DNA of 64,000 nucleotides from NCBI GenBank assembly GCA_030704615.1, contig CM060732.1, forward strand, positions 79,856,001-79,920,000. The letters run 5' to 3'. Position numbers and translations under genes: made by a program. Below, piece by piece: positions 12,044-24,390 of the stretch (the stretch's first letter is position 1; each line of letters starts with the position of its first letter). The notes under the pieces are model-generated. The model searched no databases and was not told where the DNA came from. It saw only the letters and a program-made list of their open reading frames with translations. Source of the stretch: Takakia lepidozioides. Its lineage: Eukaryota > Plantae > Bryophyta.

Positions 12044-15000
12044 TTATCGCACATAGGCTGGCTTTATCACCTTTGTCACTGGAGGTCTTGCTGTTGACGC
12101 ACGCCCCACTGTGTAGACCAAACGACTTGATGCTCCAGAACCATTTTGAGCTGGTTTGCCATTGCTAGACCCAGCTTTGAGCCCCGCATTCCCTCCAACA
12201 GCTACTTCTTCACCCGGGGACTTTTGTTTATCCAAGACAGACTGAATTGCTGAAAGTGCAGAGCTTTGTGAGCCCTTAGCTGCTTTCATCACCAAATCAA
12301 GCCTAAATTTCCTATGGATTTCGACTAGAAGAGCCTCTGCTGCTTTCCGAATCTCAGCAGACTTGTCCTGTAGCCCTATTGCAGTGGGTTTTACCAGCTG
12401 TAATATGCCAGCCTGATTGCCAGGTTTCGCCACCTGCCTTGTCAACCAATCAAAAAGGTCTTTGCGACCTTCTGCACAGATCTTTGGATCCCCCAAAGCA
12501 GGAATGATGTAGACTAGCAACTTGTCGACTTCGAAGACCATTACCCATGAGTCAAGGGTCTTTGAGACTGCTTCTCGCACCAACTTCTTGTTGTCGCGAA
12601 GGCATTTCAGCACATCCACCATGATCCCCTTGCTTTGCTTGTCAATTGCTGGACCCATGGCCAAAGCCAGATTACCAAGGGTGGCCAGTGCCATCATCAC
12701 TAAGTTTTTGTTTGAATCATTCAGCCTTCCCTTCAAGGCTCCCAACAGCTCCCCAGTTCCAGTTGCCTGTATCCTTTTATGGGCTTCCTCAATGATTCTA
12801 TTGATAACCTCAATAGAATCTTGCCGAACCTTCCACGAAGGACTACTGAGATCGTTTATCAAGCCCGCAGTCAATTTTCCACTGATGTCTTCTCGAGGCA
12901 AACCATTAGCTCCCCCTCCACTGGCAGCTCCTTCATCATCTACAGCACGAGTAAGCCTCTTTGGGGCTACGGCAGGTCCCTCATACGGATTCTTCTCATA
13001 CTCTGCATCCAGAGCACTTTGCAGTGCAGGTTTCACATCTGATAGAAAGCCTTTAATATCTGGGCCCACAAATTTATGTAGAACCCCAATAAGCTTGACT
13101 GATGCATTCCGAGTTCCAGGAGTGCTTGATTGTAGTCCGATGTCCTTACAAAAATCAATTATCTCCTTGATTTGAATATGGGCAATACCAAAGTCCTCGA
13201 CCGCTGTCACCATCCAAGCAAGTCCTTCACTCTGCACCTTGGGATTCTTGTGCTCTTTTATGACACTGAGCAGCCTCTTGAATATAAAATTTGTGCCCAC
13301 TGCTTCGCAAAATGCTGTGAGACATTTTGTGGCCTGTAATCTGGTTTTCAAGTCCGGGACTCTCTCCACCACTCCAGACAGGCAAATGACCACGCAGCGT
13401 TTTGAAAAACTTGTGGATTTCTGTGCAATGAGTGTAACAGCCTCAATGATCTTTTGCTGTACCTGAACATTCTTCTCTGCCCAGCCCGGTAACACTGAAA
13501 GGAGACGGATCAATAGCTCAACCTGTTCATTGATGTTTGTCAATCCCTCCACTGTATCTCTCACAGATACCACAGCTTCCAGTCGGACACTCCAGACAGC
13601 ACTTTTCAGATTTGGAATAACATCCGGCTCAAAAAGAGTGCTAACCCTTGCTTCAATATCATCCAAACTCATATCTCCAGGCTCTATATCCTGAATTGCA
13701 TCAGCTCCCTGAGGCGTTTTGGGTCCAATGCCTCCTTCCACCTTCTTCCCATTGATTCCCTCCCCCTTCTTCGCAGCAACTGGCCCAGCTGGCACAGGCC
13801 TTTTTGCAGCCAGAGGTGCGGCCCTCTTGCCAGACAATAAGCTTGCTGCTGACCTTTTTCCACCACCGTTTTCACAAGCATCATCATGAGAGCTTACACC
13901 ATTGACAACCAGGGCCCTGGATGGTACTGGAGCTGAAGCAGGGGCGTTTCCACCGCCACCAGGACCAATCAATTCAATCAGTTTGTTCTTCCTGACATCG
14001 TCCAGCTTCTCCAAAGAACGCTCCAATGGCTTCATACCCACCATCTTTGCAATTGCAGCCAGCGACAAGAACGCAGCATCCCGGACCTCTGGGGTACCAT
14101 CATTCAAGCTCTCCATGAAGACGGGCACATAATCCTTGTGTAATTTAAGGACAGTTGCTCTGCTGCTACACTCAATGCAGTGAGTAACCCAGCTTAAGCA
14201 TGAGGACCTTACTGTAGGTACTTTGTTCTTGGTAGCTACTTTGACGTCTTCAACAACATCAGAGAGCACTATGCACCCACTCTTGTGCATGGCTTGCAGT
14301 GTATGTGTCAAGGCCTCTGTCATGACCTGCTTCTTCTCTTTCAATTTCTCCAGTAGCACAGGTAACAGCAGCCGTGACCCTCCCGTGAAATCCTTACGCA
14401 ATCCAGTTGCCAAATTGCCTGTAGCTTGAACGGCTTCAACTGCTACAGCTATATTAACATCTGTTATGAGTTTCTTCAGCCCCCGAATCACTTCTGTGTA
14501 GTCGCCAGTTGCGAGTCTTTTTGCTGTTGCAAGCTGCGTAAGCTCTGCCACTGCATCCCGTCTTTCGGACCACTTCACGGCTTTCATATTTTTCCAAAAG
14601 GTGGACTTCCCCAGAGGAGTCAGGATGTCCACTGGATCCACCAACTCGTACTCATCGACATCCTGTGGGCCATCAGCAGCAGCCTCATTGACAGGCCCTG
14701 TACTATCCACTTGTTCAAGCTCTTGTTCAATCTCCTTCGCCTGCTCAGACCTGATTTTGCGGGTAGGTTTTGCATTGCCAACAACATTGTCTACCTCTGC
14801 CTCCAGCTCTTTCTTCATAGTATCCCGCATTTTCTCCAACAATATGGACTTAACCGGGTCCTTTCCAATCCAGCGGCAGAGCTCAATTGTCAGCCCTTTG
14901 GCAGACGCTCTCACATTCTGGTCTTGGTGATCAAAAAGTTCTGGAAGCATCTTCAAAATCTTCTTGGCAGGGACAACTTTCGTGCCAAACAGACTCACGG

Positions 15001-15463
15001 CCTGGTACATGACATCAATGGCGGGCACCACTGCCTTAGCGACCTTGGCTTTTATCGCTTTCTCCATGGCATCCAGGAAAGCTTCTACAGCTTCTAGTTC
15101 CACCCAAGAAAGGAAGGCAGCCTGTGCCTTCTCAATTGTCTTGGGCCGCCCTGTCAGACACTTTACTACGATGACATCACAAACTTCTTTTGCATATCTG
15201 GCAGCATCTGTATCCGCTGCTCTCAGATAAGCAAGCAATGCATCCAATGCCTTCTCCTGACAGGGCGCATTGGAATCCGCCAGCGATTTCCTGAAAAGAG
15301 ATCCCAATTCTCTGAGTCTAGGGTCTTTGGGATCCAAAATGCTGTCACACAAGCCAGCAAGATCGATGTTCGCATCGTTTCTCACCTTCCAATTCTTGTG
15401 AGCTAGCCTAACGTCCCAGGGTAGCTTCTTCGCCTCCTTGAGAAGCTTATCGTCCTCCGACAT
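12044..15463 (-). CDS. MOR1: Intronless, C-terminally truncated MOR1/XMAP215 microtubule polymerase (1139 aa; TOG1-TOG4 only)
   Basis: Single uninterrupted ORF MSEDDKLLKEAKKLPWDVRLAHKNWKVRNDAN... with four TOG-start W motifs (NWKVR, KWSER, VWSVR, SWKVR); ends ...VIKPAYVR* in the linker before TOG5; the ATG is at 15463 (the ORF track start is a GTG). Confidence 0.92.
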   Translation of the reverse strand: MSEDDKLLKEAKKLPWDVRLAHKNWKVRNDANIDLAGLCDSILDPKDPRLRELGSLFRKSLADSNAPCQEKALDALLAYLRAADTDAARYAKEVCDVIVVKCLTGRPKTIEKAQAAFLSWVELEAVEAFLDAMEKAIKAKVAKAVVPAIDVMYQAVSLFGTKVVPAKKILKMLPELFDHQDQNVRASAKGLTIELCRWIGKDPVKSILLEKMRDTMKKELEAEVDNVVGNAKPTRKIRSEQAKEIEQELEQVDSTGPVNEAAADGPQDVDEYELVDPVDILTPLGKSTFWKNMKAVKWSERRDAVAELTQLATAKRLATGDYTEVIRGLKKLITDVNIAVAVEAVQATGNLATGLRKDFTGGSRLLLPVLLEKLKEKKQVMTEALTHTLQAMHKSGCIVLSDVVEDVKVATKNKVPTVRSSCLSWVTHCIECSSRATVLKLHKDYVPVFMESLNDGTPEVRDAAFLSLAAIAKMVGMKPLERSLEKLDDVRKNKLIELIGPGGGGNAPASAPVPSRALVVNGVSSHDDACENGGGKRSAASLLSGKRAAPLAAKRPVPAGPVAAKKGEGINGKKVEGGIGPKTPQGADAIQDIEPGDMSLDDIEARVSTLFEPDVIPNLKSAVWSVRLEAVVSVRDTVEGLTNINEQVELLIRLLSVLPGWAEKNVQVQQKIIEAVTLIAQKSTSFSKRCVVICLSGVVERVPDLKTRLQATKCLTAFCEAVGTNFIFKRLLSVIKEHKNPKVQSEGLAWMVTAVEDFGIAHIQIKEIIDFCKDIGLQSSTPGTRNASVKLIGVLHKFVGPDIKGFLSDVKPALQSALDAEYEKNPYEGPAVAPKRLTRAVDDEGAASGGGANGLPREDISGKLTAGLINDLSSPSWKVRQDSIEVINRIIEEAHKRIQATGTGELLGALKGRLNDSNKNLVMMALATLGNLALAMGPAIDKQSKGIMVDVLKCLRDNKKLVREAVSKTLDSWVMVFEVDKLLVYIIPALGDPKICAEGRKDLFDWLTRQVAKPGNQAGILQLVKPTAIGLQDKSAEIRKAAEALLVEIHRKFRLDLVMKAAKGSQSSALSAIQSVLDKQKSPGEEVAVGGNAGLKAGSSNGKPAQNGSGASSRLVYTVGRASTARPPVTKVIKPAYVR

Positions 15464-16099
15464 AACGTAGGTTCTTCTCACCACCACTTAGCAGCAGCAT
15501 CTACCGAATTATACGTTGATCAATAGCAACAAGCACAGATCTGGTAACAAATGCAAATCCTACCTCAACCTTCAACACAGATATACCAACACGTAACCCT
15601 TTGCAGCGCCACCGTCTACAAATTCGGCACGCCCATTTTCAAACCTCACCACTCACTCCCTGCACACTTCCTGGTGAAATCCAGACTGAATCAATCCCCA
15701 AACAAACCTTTCCAAATGCAGCTCGATCTCCATAGCTAACAGCTCTTCCTGTCCCTCTGTCTCTCCGAACTCTCAATCTCTCTCAATTGCCAAGAGAAAT
15801 ATCTATCGCTCTTGCGTTGACACGGACAACCTATCCACAACTCCTTGAAAAACATGACCAAGGCCGCCAACTGGAAAATCTAACAGCACTGATGCTCGGA
15901 CCACCCTGTAGAGGACGGGAAGATTCTCGCTACTCCTTGAGTCAGCCTTCACCCCTGGGCTCTTATTACACTCCCAGCTACAGTATCTGCTCGTCTGAAT
16001 CTGCAAGAACTGCAGTGCCAGCTACCACGCTTCCCGAAAACAAATCCTTAAAAGCATCCATCATCAATCCTCACAAATGCCACACTACCAGCGTCGATC

Positions 16100-17070
16100 T
16101 GCGAGCTGGTAAAACCCTAGAAATCTGCGAGGGATCATTCCCGGGTCTTTTGAATTTCCCCGAGATTTTCGAACCCCTTATTACTAACGGGCCGCACAAT
16201 AAATACGATATGGATGAAGTATCACAAGGCCCGCCATGTTCATCACACTGCCCTCCATATTCGTTGACACATGGATGAATACGACCACATCCTTTCCCGA
16301 TTGGCAGATTAAATAATTAATATCAAATTAAATAAAATTAGGTAACTCTTTTCGCCTTAAATTTTCACAAAAAATGGGGCCACACAAAAAGAGTAATGAT
16401 CGGCCCAATCATATAAAGTATTGCGGGGGTAGCCAGACGATGGATGAACTCTATTATTCGTTCAAATGGGCAACTTCACATCCATAATTCACATCATCAT
16501 TCGTGCAAGGATACAAATTTGCCAGCGATGCCATCAAATTAATTACTTTATATTTTATAAAAAACAAAACGAATGCATAAAGTACCCTGACAAAAGCTAG
16601 ACTCATCCGACAAAAATGTGGGCCCGGGCTCGGGTATTGGCCGGGCCGGTCCCCCGGCCCGGCCCGCTCGGGGCTACCGATCATTCGTTCATTCATTGAC
16701 GTGGGCCATCCGCCGAGTGTTTGATTGTAACGGATCCCGTTGATACTGTAAGTTAGTATACATTCTCGACGCGTTGTCGGACGTTAACATTCTTCATTCC
16801 GTCCACGTGCTCAAGACCTCAAAATGTCGCCGTTTGTATCGAATCGTAGCCACAAGACCTGGAATTGGGATCTCCATTGGGGATCCAGGTTCTCGATGTT
16901 GAGAACGAGAGTAGGTGTTTACTCTGTTCCCAATGTTGGTGACCTGCGCGTGCGAGTGTACGCCGTTAAGTAACATATTCCTTGAGTGGGAAAACGGCGA
17001 GCGGTAACGACGGCCTAACAGAAACTCCCTACGTAACGATTGTGTGCGAAGGTGCCCTAGGGTTTGGTGG
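16100..17070. promoter_or_regulatory. Bidirectional MOR1/RPN2 promoter region with telo-boxes and site II (TGGGCY/GGCCCA)-like motifs
   Basis: aaaccctag ~16112, tagggttt ~17058, ggcccaa ~16402, tgggccc ~16619, tgggcc ~16701, and a GC-rich ggccc/gggcc cluster at 16619-16675, all between two divergent ATGs 1.73 kb apart. Confidence 0.5.
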
Positions 17071-17196
17071 TGTGGAGTGGGGGGAGAGAGAGAGGGAGGA
17101 AGAGCGAGGAAGAGGGGGGATTGGGAATTGCAGGCATGCACGGGGTGAAGTGAGGATTAGAGGCGAGAGGAGACGGGGCGAGAAGATTTGGGAAGG

Positions 17197-20100
17197 ATGA
17201 CGGTGGCGATGGTGAGCACAGCCAGCGGGCTGCTGGCAATGCTGCAGGAGCAGCATCCAGTGCTGAAGCTGCACGCACTGAACAATTTAAACGAGTTGGT
17301 GGATCGATTCTGGCCGGAGATTTCCACCAACATATCTGCCATAGAAAGCCTGTATGAGGATGAGCAGTTCGATCAAAGGCAGCTAGCGGCGTTGGTGGCA
17401 TCCAAGGTGTTTTATTACCTCGGGGAGTTGAACGACTCGCTGATATATGCGCTTGGGGCGGGGCCGTTGTTTGATGTATCAGAAGACTCGGAGTATGTCC
17501 AGACACTTGTGGCCAAGTGTGTGGATGAGTATATCTCGCTCAGTGTAAAGGCTTCCGAATCTATTGAAGAAAGCCTTCCTTTGGATCCGCGGCTGGTAGC
17601 TATCGTGGAACGGATGCTTGACAAGTGCATGTTGGATGGGAAATTTCAGCAGGCAGTGGGGATTGCACTTGAATGCCGCCGGCTTGATAAGCTTGAAGAA
17701 GCAATTACTAGAAGCGAGAATGCCCCTGCCATGCTTAGTTACTGTCTCCGCCTGTCCCAGACGTTTGTCAACAGACGGGAGTTTCGGCATGAGGTTCTTC
17801 GCTTGCTGGTTAAGAGCTACCAGAGCCTCCAGCAGCCTGATTATTTGAGCATTTGTCAATGTCTCATGTTTTTAGATGACCCGGGAACAGTGGCGGCCAT
17901 CTTGGATAAACTTCTCAAAGGTGACAAGTTTGATTCTTTGTTGGCTTATCAAGTAGCTTTTGATTTGTTTGAGAATGAATATCAGAAGTTTTTGTTGAAC
18001 GTGAGGGATCGACTACCGGAGCCATTAAACCCTGCCTCAGCTGCTAACGGTGTGGTTGCTCACGAGAATGGCATCAGCGCCATGATTGATGGTGGGCCGA
18101 CAGCCATGGACACTTCTGAAGGAGTTGCGAGTGCACCCAGGGAATTGCAGGGCGGTAGTGGAGAGACCGCAGAGTCAACTGAAAGATCTGCTTATTCACA
18201 AAGACTTTCCAAACTGAAAGGGATTCTGTCTGGAGAGACGGCAATCAGTTTGACTCTGCAGTTCCTTTACAGTCACAACAGGTCAGATCTCCTTATATTG
18301 AAGACCATTAAGCAATCTGTGGAGATGCGCAACAGTGTTTGCCACAGTGCCACTATCTACTCCAACGCCCTCATGCACGCGGGCACCACAGTGGATACCT
18401 TTTTGCGCGAAAACTTGGATTGGCTAAGTAGAGCCACCAATTGGGCCAAGTTTAGTGCCACCGCAGGCTTAGGTGTCATCCACCGAGGCCATCTACAACA
18501 AGGGCGGTCCTTGATGGCTCCGTACCTGCCTCAAAATGGAGGCACTGGTGGGGGGAGTCCTTACTCGGAGGGAGGTGCTCTGTATGCACTAGGTCTGATT
18601 CATGCCAACCATGGGGAGGGAATTAAGCAGTTTCTTCTGGAGAGTCTAAGAAACACCAGCAATGAGGTCATTCAACATGGGGCGTGCTTAGGGTTAGGTC
18701 TGGCGGCACTTGGTACAGCTGATGAGGAAATTTATGAAGATGTCAAGGGTGTACTATACACTGATAGTGCAGTAGCAGGAGAGGCCGCGGGGATAAGCAT
18801 GGGTCTACTCATGGTCGGGACTGCCAGCGAAAAGGCAGCAGAAATGTTGGCATATGCCCATGATACACAACACGAAAAGATCATTCGTGGTCTGGCACTC
18901 GGTATTGCTTTGGTGGTGTATGGCCGGGAAGAGGAAGCAGACACCTTGATCGAGCAGATGACACGTGATCAGGACCCAATACTTCGGTATGGAGGTATGT
19001 ATGCCTTGGCTATGGCATACAGAGGCACTGCCAACAACAGTGCCATTCGGCGGCTGTTGCATTTTGCTGTCTCAGACGTGAGTGATGATGTCCGGAGAAC
19101 TGCAGTGCTTGCACTAGGGTTTGTGCTTTGCTCAGAACCTGAGCAGACTCCGCGAATTGTGTCATTGCTTTCCGAATCGTATAATGCACATGTCAGATAT
19201 GGAGCAGCCATGGCAGTCGGAATTTCATGTGCAGGTTCAGGATCCAGTGAGGCCATCTCTCTGCTGGAACCCCTCACCTCCGATGCTGTGGACTTCGTAC
19301 GACAGGGTGCTCTCATTGCCATGGCCATGGTCCTCTTGCAGACAACAGAGGCCCGTGAACCTCGTGTGGCAAGTTTCAGGCGACAGCTTGAGAAGATTAT
19401 AAATGATAAGCATGAAGAAACAATGAGCAAGATGGGAGCCATTCTTGCTCAAGGGATCCTGGATGCAGGGGGTCGCAATGTAGCCATCATGCTGCAGTCT
19501 CGAACAGGACATGATCGTGTGACTGCAGTAGTAGGCATGGCCGTGTTCAGTCAGTTCTGGTATTGGTACCCCCTAATATACTTCATCAGCCTTTCTTTTG
19601 CGCCCACGGCTTTTATTGGGCTCAATGAGGAGTTACAGATGCCCAAGTTTGATTTTATCTCTGAGACCAAGCCTTCCCTGTTTGGGTACCCTCCATCAGT
19701 TGCTCCTCCTGCAGCTACATCTGCAGTGAAGCTTCCCACTGCTGTGTTATCCACATCAGTCCGGGCGAAAGCCAGAGGGGCAAAGAAAGATGCTGAGTTG
19801 AAAGCTGGGAAAGGAATAATGCCGGAGGCAAATGCAACCCTGCCTTCCATCCCTTTGCCCAATCCAGAAGGTCCAAGCTTGAGTGCTGAGGGCCCAGTAG
19901 ATTTTGAAAAGGAACCAAGAGCTACTGTTAGGGATGAGAATGCCATGGAAATTGAGACAGGAGTGGAGAAGAAGGGAGCTTCTGCAGAGGCATCAATGGA
20001 GGTTCTCAGCAATCCAGCGCGTGTGGTCCCAGCACAAGAGAAGTACATCAAATTCCGGGAAGACTCCCGTTATGCACCGTTGAAGTTAAAGCGGGCTCCC

Positions 20101-20277
20101 TCAGGATTTGTGATGTTGAGGGATTTAGCGCCCTCTGAGCCAGTGGAGTTAGTATCAACAGACACACCTGTGTCTGCAGCTGCAGCAGGTGCAGCCCCAG
20201 CCAATGCCGCTGTGTCAGCCATGACAGCAGAGGATAGTGAGCCACCACCACCCGAACCATTTGAGTATGTGCCATGA
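17197..20277 (+). CDS. RPN2: 26S proteasome regulatory subunit RPN2 (PSMD1), intronless, 1026 aa
   Basis: [43 protein letters not shown]...; PC repeats ([43 protein letters not shown]); [10 protein letters not shown]; C-terminal PPPEPFEY motif; full length with no stops. Confidence 0.97.
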   Translation: MTVAMVSTASGLLAMLQEQHPVLKLHALNNLNELVDRFWPEISTNISAIESLYEDEQFDQRQLAALVASKVFYYLGELNDSLIYALGAGPLFDVSEDSEYVQTLVAKCVDEYISLSVKASESIEESLPLDPRLVAIVERMLDKCMLDGKFQQAVGIALECRRLDKLEEAITRSENAPAMLSYCLRLSQTFVNRREFRHEVLRLLVKSYQSLQQPDYLSICQCLMFLDDPGTVAAILDKLLKGDKFDSLLAYQVAFDLFENEYQKFLLNVRDRLPEPLNPASAANGVVAHENGISAMIDGGPTAMDTSEGVASAPRELQGGSGETAESTERSAYSQRLSKLKGILSGETAISLTLQFLYSHNRSDLLILKTIKQSVEMRNSVCHSATIYSNALMHAGTTVDTFLRENLDWLSRATNWAKFSATAGLGVIHRGHLQQGRSLMAPYLPQNGGTGGGSPYSEGGALYALGLIHANHGEGIKQFLLESLRNTSNEVIQHGACLGLGLAALGTADEEIYEDVKGVLYTDSAVAGEAAGISMGLLMVGTASEKAAEMLAYAHDTQHEKIIRGLALGIALVVYGREEEADTLIEQMTRDQDPILRYGGMYALAMAYRGTANNSAIRRLLHFAVSDVSDDVRRTAVLALGFVLCSEPEQTPRIVSLLSESYNAHVRYGAAMAVGISCAGSGSSEAISLLEPLTSDAVDFVRQGALIAMAMVLLQTTEAREPRVASFRRQLEKIINDKHEETMSKMGAILAQGILDAGGRNVAIMLQSRTGHDRVTAVVGMAVFSQFWYWYPLIYFISLSFAPTAFIGLNEELQMPKFDFISETKPSLFGYPPSVAPPAATSAVKLPTAVLSTSVRAKARGAKKDAELKAGKGIMPEANATLPSIPLPNPEGPSLSAEGPVDFEKEPRATVRDENAMEIETGVEKKGASAEASMEVLSNPARVVPAQEKYIKFREDSRYAPLKLKRAPSGFVMLRDLAPSEPVELVSTDTPVSAAAAGAAPANAAVSAMTAEDSEPPPPEPFEYVP

Positions 20278-22449
20278 AGTAGGGAAAGAAAACATGAGCA
20301 GAGTCCTTGTGTCCTCACTTCTAGAAAGTCCTTGTGAAGAGTTAAAGGCTGGTTTCAGTGCTTCATTTGACAAAAGCATATCTACCATTCATAATACAGC
20401 ATTTGAAACGGTTGTCCTTTGGTCATTTGCTTTCTGAATGGTATGTTTTCTGGCAATCTGCCGGGGTTGAAGAAAGTGGGTACCGTACGCTCCACCGCAT
20501 CCTCAAGGCTATTCCACTTTTTGAGACGGTGACGCTTGGATGGTGATGCTTGGATGACGTCAATGCCACGAAATGAGTTGCAAACTCAGTACCTTTCAGA
20601 GTGCCCTTTTAATTTCAAGCCTAAATGGTAAAACAACCCTCCCTAATCTCCCGCCCCCTCTCAATTCTACCGTACACTTTTCCCTAAATTCCCGATGGCT
20701 GTTGAATCACACTTACACTACAACTACTTGGATGGGCTGCTACTATGCTGCCAAGCTGAAGAGGCAGCCACTGTGGTAACTGTTCACTGGGCACGACGAG
20801 GTGATACACTTGTTGTTCTCTTTTCATTTTCTTCTTCACTTTCCACTGCAAGAGAGGGTATCAACTTGAGCTGCACATCTGGTGGCTGAAAGTTCTGGGG
20901 TTACCGAAATACAAGTGTATAGCTCATGTCATCAGAGCTAGAGAATCATTTGACCTAGTTAAACCGTAGTAGACTCGATCCTGTGCACTCTGCTGATTCA
21001 TGTATCCATGAAAATACATGGGAGTTGCTTTTGAATCTTTAAATCTGTTGACAACCTTCTCTGAAGCAAGGTTCTGTGTTGTCAATGCATTGCTGCTGTG
21101 ATGGTCATATTTTATTTGTGATGACCACCAAGGGCAGCTCACAGAAAGTACAACACTCACTGCAGAATTGAATAGTGAACATTGTTTAAGCCAATTTTTC
21201 ACATATCACGTTCAAACCTCACAACAATTGTGACCTTCCCACACCCAGCTTTTCAGCAGCGCACTATTTTCTGCCCCGTCTTGGAAATGCTTAAAGCAGT
21301 TGGCAACATCTGCTCCCATTACAATCTTGATATGAGCTTGGTGGCAGCTACCGAACACCTGAAGGTTACAATGCATGTCAAGAGGCGGCTTGCCGATCTG
21401 GGTAAAAGAGGAATGGCCAGCTTCTCGGTGTGGTGGCAAAGAGAGAAACCTCCTTTTGTCTGTAGGCACGTAACTGGCATCTCCATCCACCCACATAATA
21501 TGTCCAGTTCTGCGTGGGTTTACTTGATTTGTTGATGCACTTTAGTTCTCCATCAACCTGGCTGTCCACCTCAACGAAGCAGCACCCTGGCAGCATTCTG
21601 ACATCATCACTCTCACCTTACTGTCTCATCCACCCTTGCCAGCAGCAGAATAGATAGCAGCACAGGAGTTCCAGCATACTGTGGGTACAATGAAGATACA
21701 CGTTCTGCAATTTGACATGCATTCTGCAGGCACCAAGGAAGGCCCCCCAACAATAGCCAGTACAGTTGGCACTTTGTTGATAAACTCCTCTGCCTAGTCC
21801 AAGCCCTGCATGGCCAAGAAGGTCAACCTGCAGTCAAAATTCTCCGCTGTAGGAGTGAGGGACATGATTGAAAGGAAGTAGCCGCTTCCTTCTTCCACTA
21901 GGCCCCAATGTCTACATGCACAGAGAACACACATGAAGGAAGGTCACACCATTCAGCTGTAAACTGTTGGAGTGCATCCCTGCCACACGAATGCTAACCT
22001 GATCCTGTGATCACACCAGACGCCCAGTTTGGAACTGCACGCACATTGAAACAAACAAATAAGAAAAAGAAACTTCATCACAACACCAGGAATGCAAGAA
22101 GCAACTAAAAATTTAGTTTCAAATAAATAAACGAATAGAAGAACGGAAAATCTTGGAAAAAGAAGTGAGTGCCATTGGTACCATGATCACATTTCATGAC
22201 AGCACATTTGAATGCTGATCCATGCTCCAAAACATGTGTTCCTAGATCTCTAAAACCTCGCTACCACATCCATGCTCAGAATATCCTGCTATTGTTCAAG
22301 TCCAGGTACACATACCTCCTTCAGTTTCAAACTTGGCATGCATCTTGAGGAGAAAGAACAGTTTGGTTGATATGGGTGCACACTTGCTTTCGCTCTGCTG
22401 GGCATTACCTTTTGATGAACCCCTGCAGGAGCACATATAGGTATCCCAG

Positions 22450-24090
22450 TCTGCCGAAGTGCTCTATTGGTTCAAATGTGCAGGGCACCATTCAACCGCC
22501 CAGACATACATAAGGGCCTCACAAAATCACAATCTGCTTGACCGTGCACCATGGCGCCTAGCTCTGCTTTCACCCAAGGAGGGTTTGACCAACTGTCAAT
22601 CCAAAGTACCTCCTTTGTGTACTTCATCTGAAGTTTCCTGAACTTCTTTGAGAACCACCTGTGGGTGGCAACCTCATGTAGCACCAAAGCTCTAAAAGCC
22701 TCTTTCAAATAAAAGTGTAAAACCTCAGTTTTTGAACAACCTAGCAAAAGCAACAAAAATTGGTTGGCATCTAATTTAAGCAGCTGGAGATACAATGAAA
22801 TCAACAGACCTAGCTTCAGTCACAAGCCCTCCGTCAAAAACACTTTCATGCCTAAATGAGTCTCACCTTACCAAACCTGTTGTACCACCTTTCTGAACCA
22901 TGATCTGAGAAGATTTGCTGGCGTGGTTAGTCACACATTTCATCAATTGGCATGAACTACAAGACCATGATATCTCCAGCTTCTGATAGTCTCTGCCTCT
23001 GCTGACGAGAGCCAGTTCTTAAATATATATGTTCAGCAACTCCAAATAGGCTAGTGTTTGAGACTCTAAGCAACCATAATAAGATGTGAAGGAGGAAGAT
23101 GTTTGGCAGTCTGGATGATGAGGGTCTGCACCTTACACTTGCTAGGCAATGAATGTCTTGCACCCCCACAGGAGACGCGCATAGGTATCCGAGTCCTCCA
23201 AAGTGCCCGTTGGTTCACAATGTTCTGGGCCACTTTTATTTTGCCCTGCCAAACATAGTGGCCCACCACCCAATTCCGCTTGACCATGAACCATGGCACC
23301 TAGCTCTGCTTTCACCTCAGAGAGGGTTCAACCAACTGTGCATTTATGTCTGAAGTCTTGTGATCTTGGACTGTTCTGTGAAACGCACTTGTGGGCAGCT
23401 CAGCAGCCTGAGATTCAAAAAATAGCCTGATGCAATATGCCGAAACAACAGCAGGCCATTATTGGATTGATGTAGCCATGAGGAAAATGAAACAGTAGGG
23501 TCAGAAGCACACAATGCTCAAGCAGGTTAGGACACAACTACAGTTCCTCTCTCATTAAAACCACAAAATCTGGTCCGAGTGCCCCACTCCCCCTTCATTT
23601 CAGAAAATGGAAGGGTAGCAAGAATGTACTTGCTAGATGAACCCATATCCAAGACGTATATACTGCAATGAAAAGAAAATAAAACGAACCATCTGCAAAA
23701 CAGGCACTGGTCCTGGCTACAAACACCAAAGCTCCAGGACTCTTTCACATAACTTGGGAAGCACACTTTCAAACAACCTACTGACAGCAACAAGATGGGC
23801 TGCTTTTGCTGACAATTGGCAACTAATTTAAGCAGCAGCGATACAAGTAAATCCAAGAAAACAATAGAAGTGAGCTTCAGTCAGTCTCTCCATCATATAC
23901 ACGGTCATGTCCTGGATGAAGATAGCCTCACCTTATTAACCCAGTTGTCCTGCCACTGTGAAGGACTGAGAGCCAATCTTCTCGGTCATTCATTGCACAT
24001 TGCTTCACCGGCAAGCATAAACTCCAAGACCGTGATATCTCCAGCTTCCAATTGTCTCCGGGTCTACTGAGGAGCACCAGTGTTTAGAAA
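22450..24090 (-). mobile_element. Cluster of degenerate LINE fragments (end of APE endonuclease and EN-RT linker), duplicated
   Basis: 22680-23030 is homologous to 23725-24090; minus translation FLNTGAP...AGDITVLEFML and ...IFSDH (APE C-terminal SDH motif); 22540-22620 resembles 23280-23340 and 45480-45530 (APW/VPWF linker motif). Confidence 0.5.
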
Positions 24091-24094
24091 CCTT

Positions 24095-24390
24095 TGGCCT
24101 CTCCTAGTAGGCTAATGTTGTTTTTTGAAACTAGGCCCCAAGAGGGCCCCAGCTTTTGGCTCAGCCTCAAGATTATCAAAGTTGGTAAACAGACGTACAG
24201 GAACAAAGCCCTTGATGGATTTGTAGAGGGCGTCTCCCTGGTGAGAGTACCTAGGAAGATGAATCAGAAAGTGGATATTGTCTTCAGGTTGCCCACACAA
24301 CTGGCATTTGCAATCTCCTTTCGTGTCTGCATATGTTTGCTGTTCAAAGGTAGGCTTCCCGCCCTGTGTTTAAATTTCAGTCTCATATAA
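24095..24390 (-). mobile_element. LINE family B fragment (C-terminal CCHC zinc knuckle)
   Basis: [13 protein letters not shown] motif; nucleotide homology to 57530-57800. Confidence 0.75.

Noticed and set aside
12522-20318. Antisense ORFs over MOR1 and RPN2 (e.g. 12522-13175, 14426-15097, 19551-20051)
   Set aside because: Shadow ORFs of long coding sequences with no recognisable motifs.
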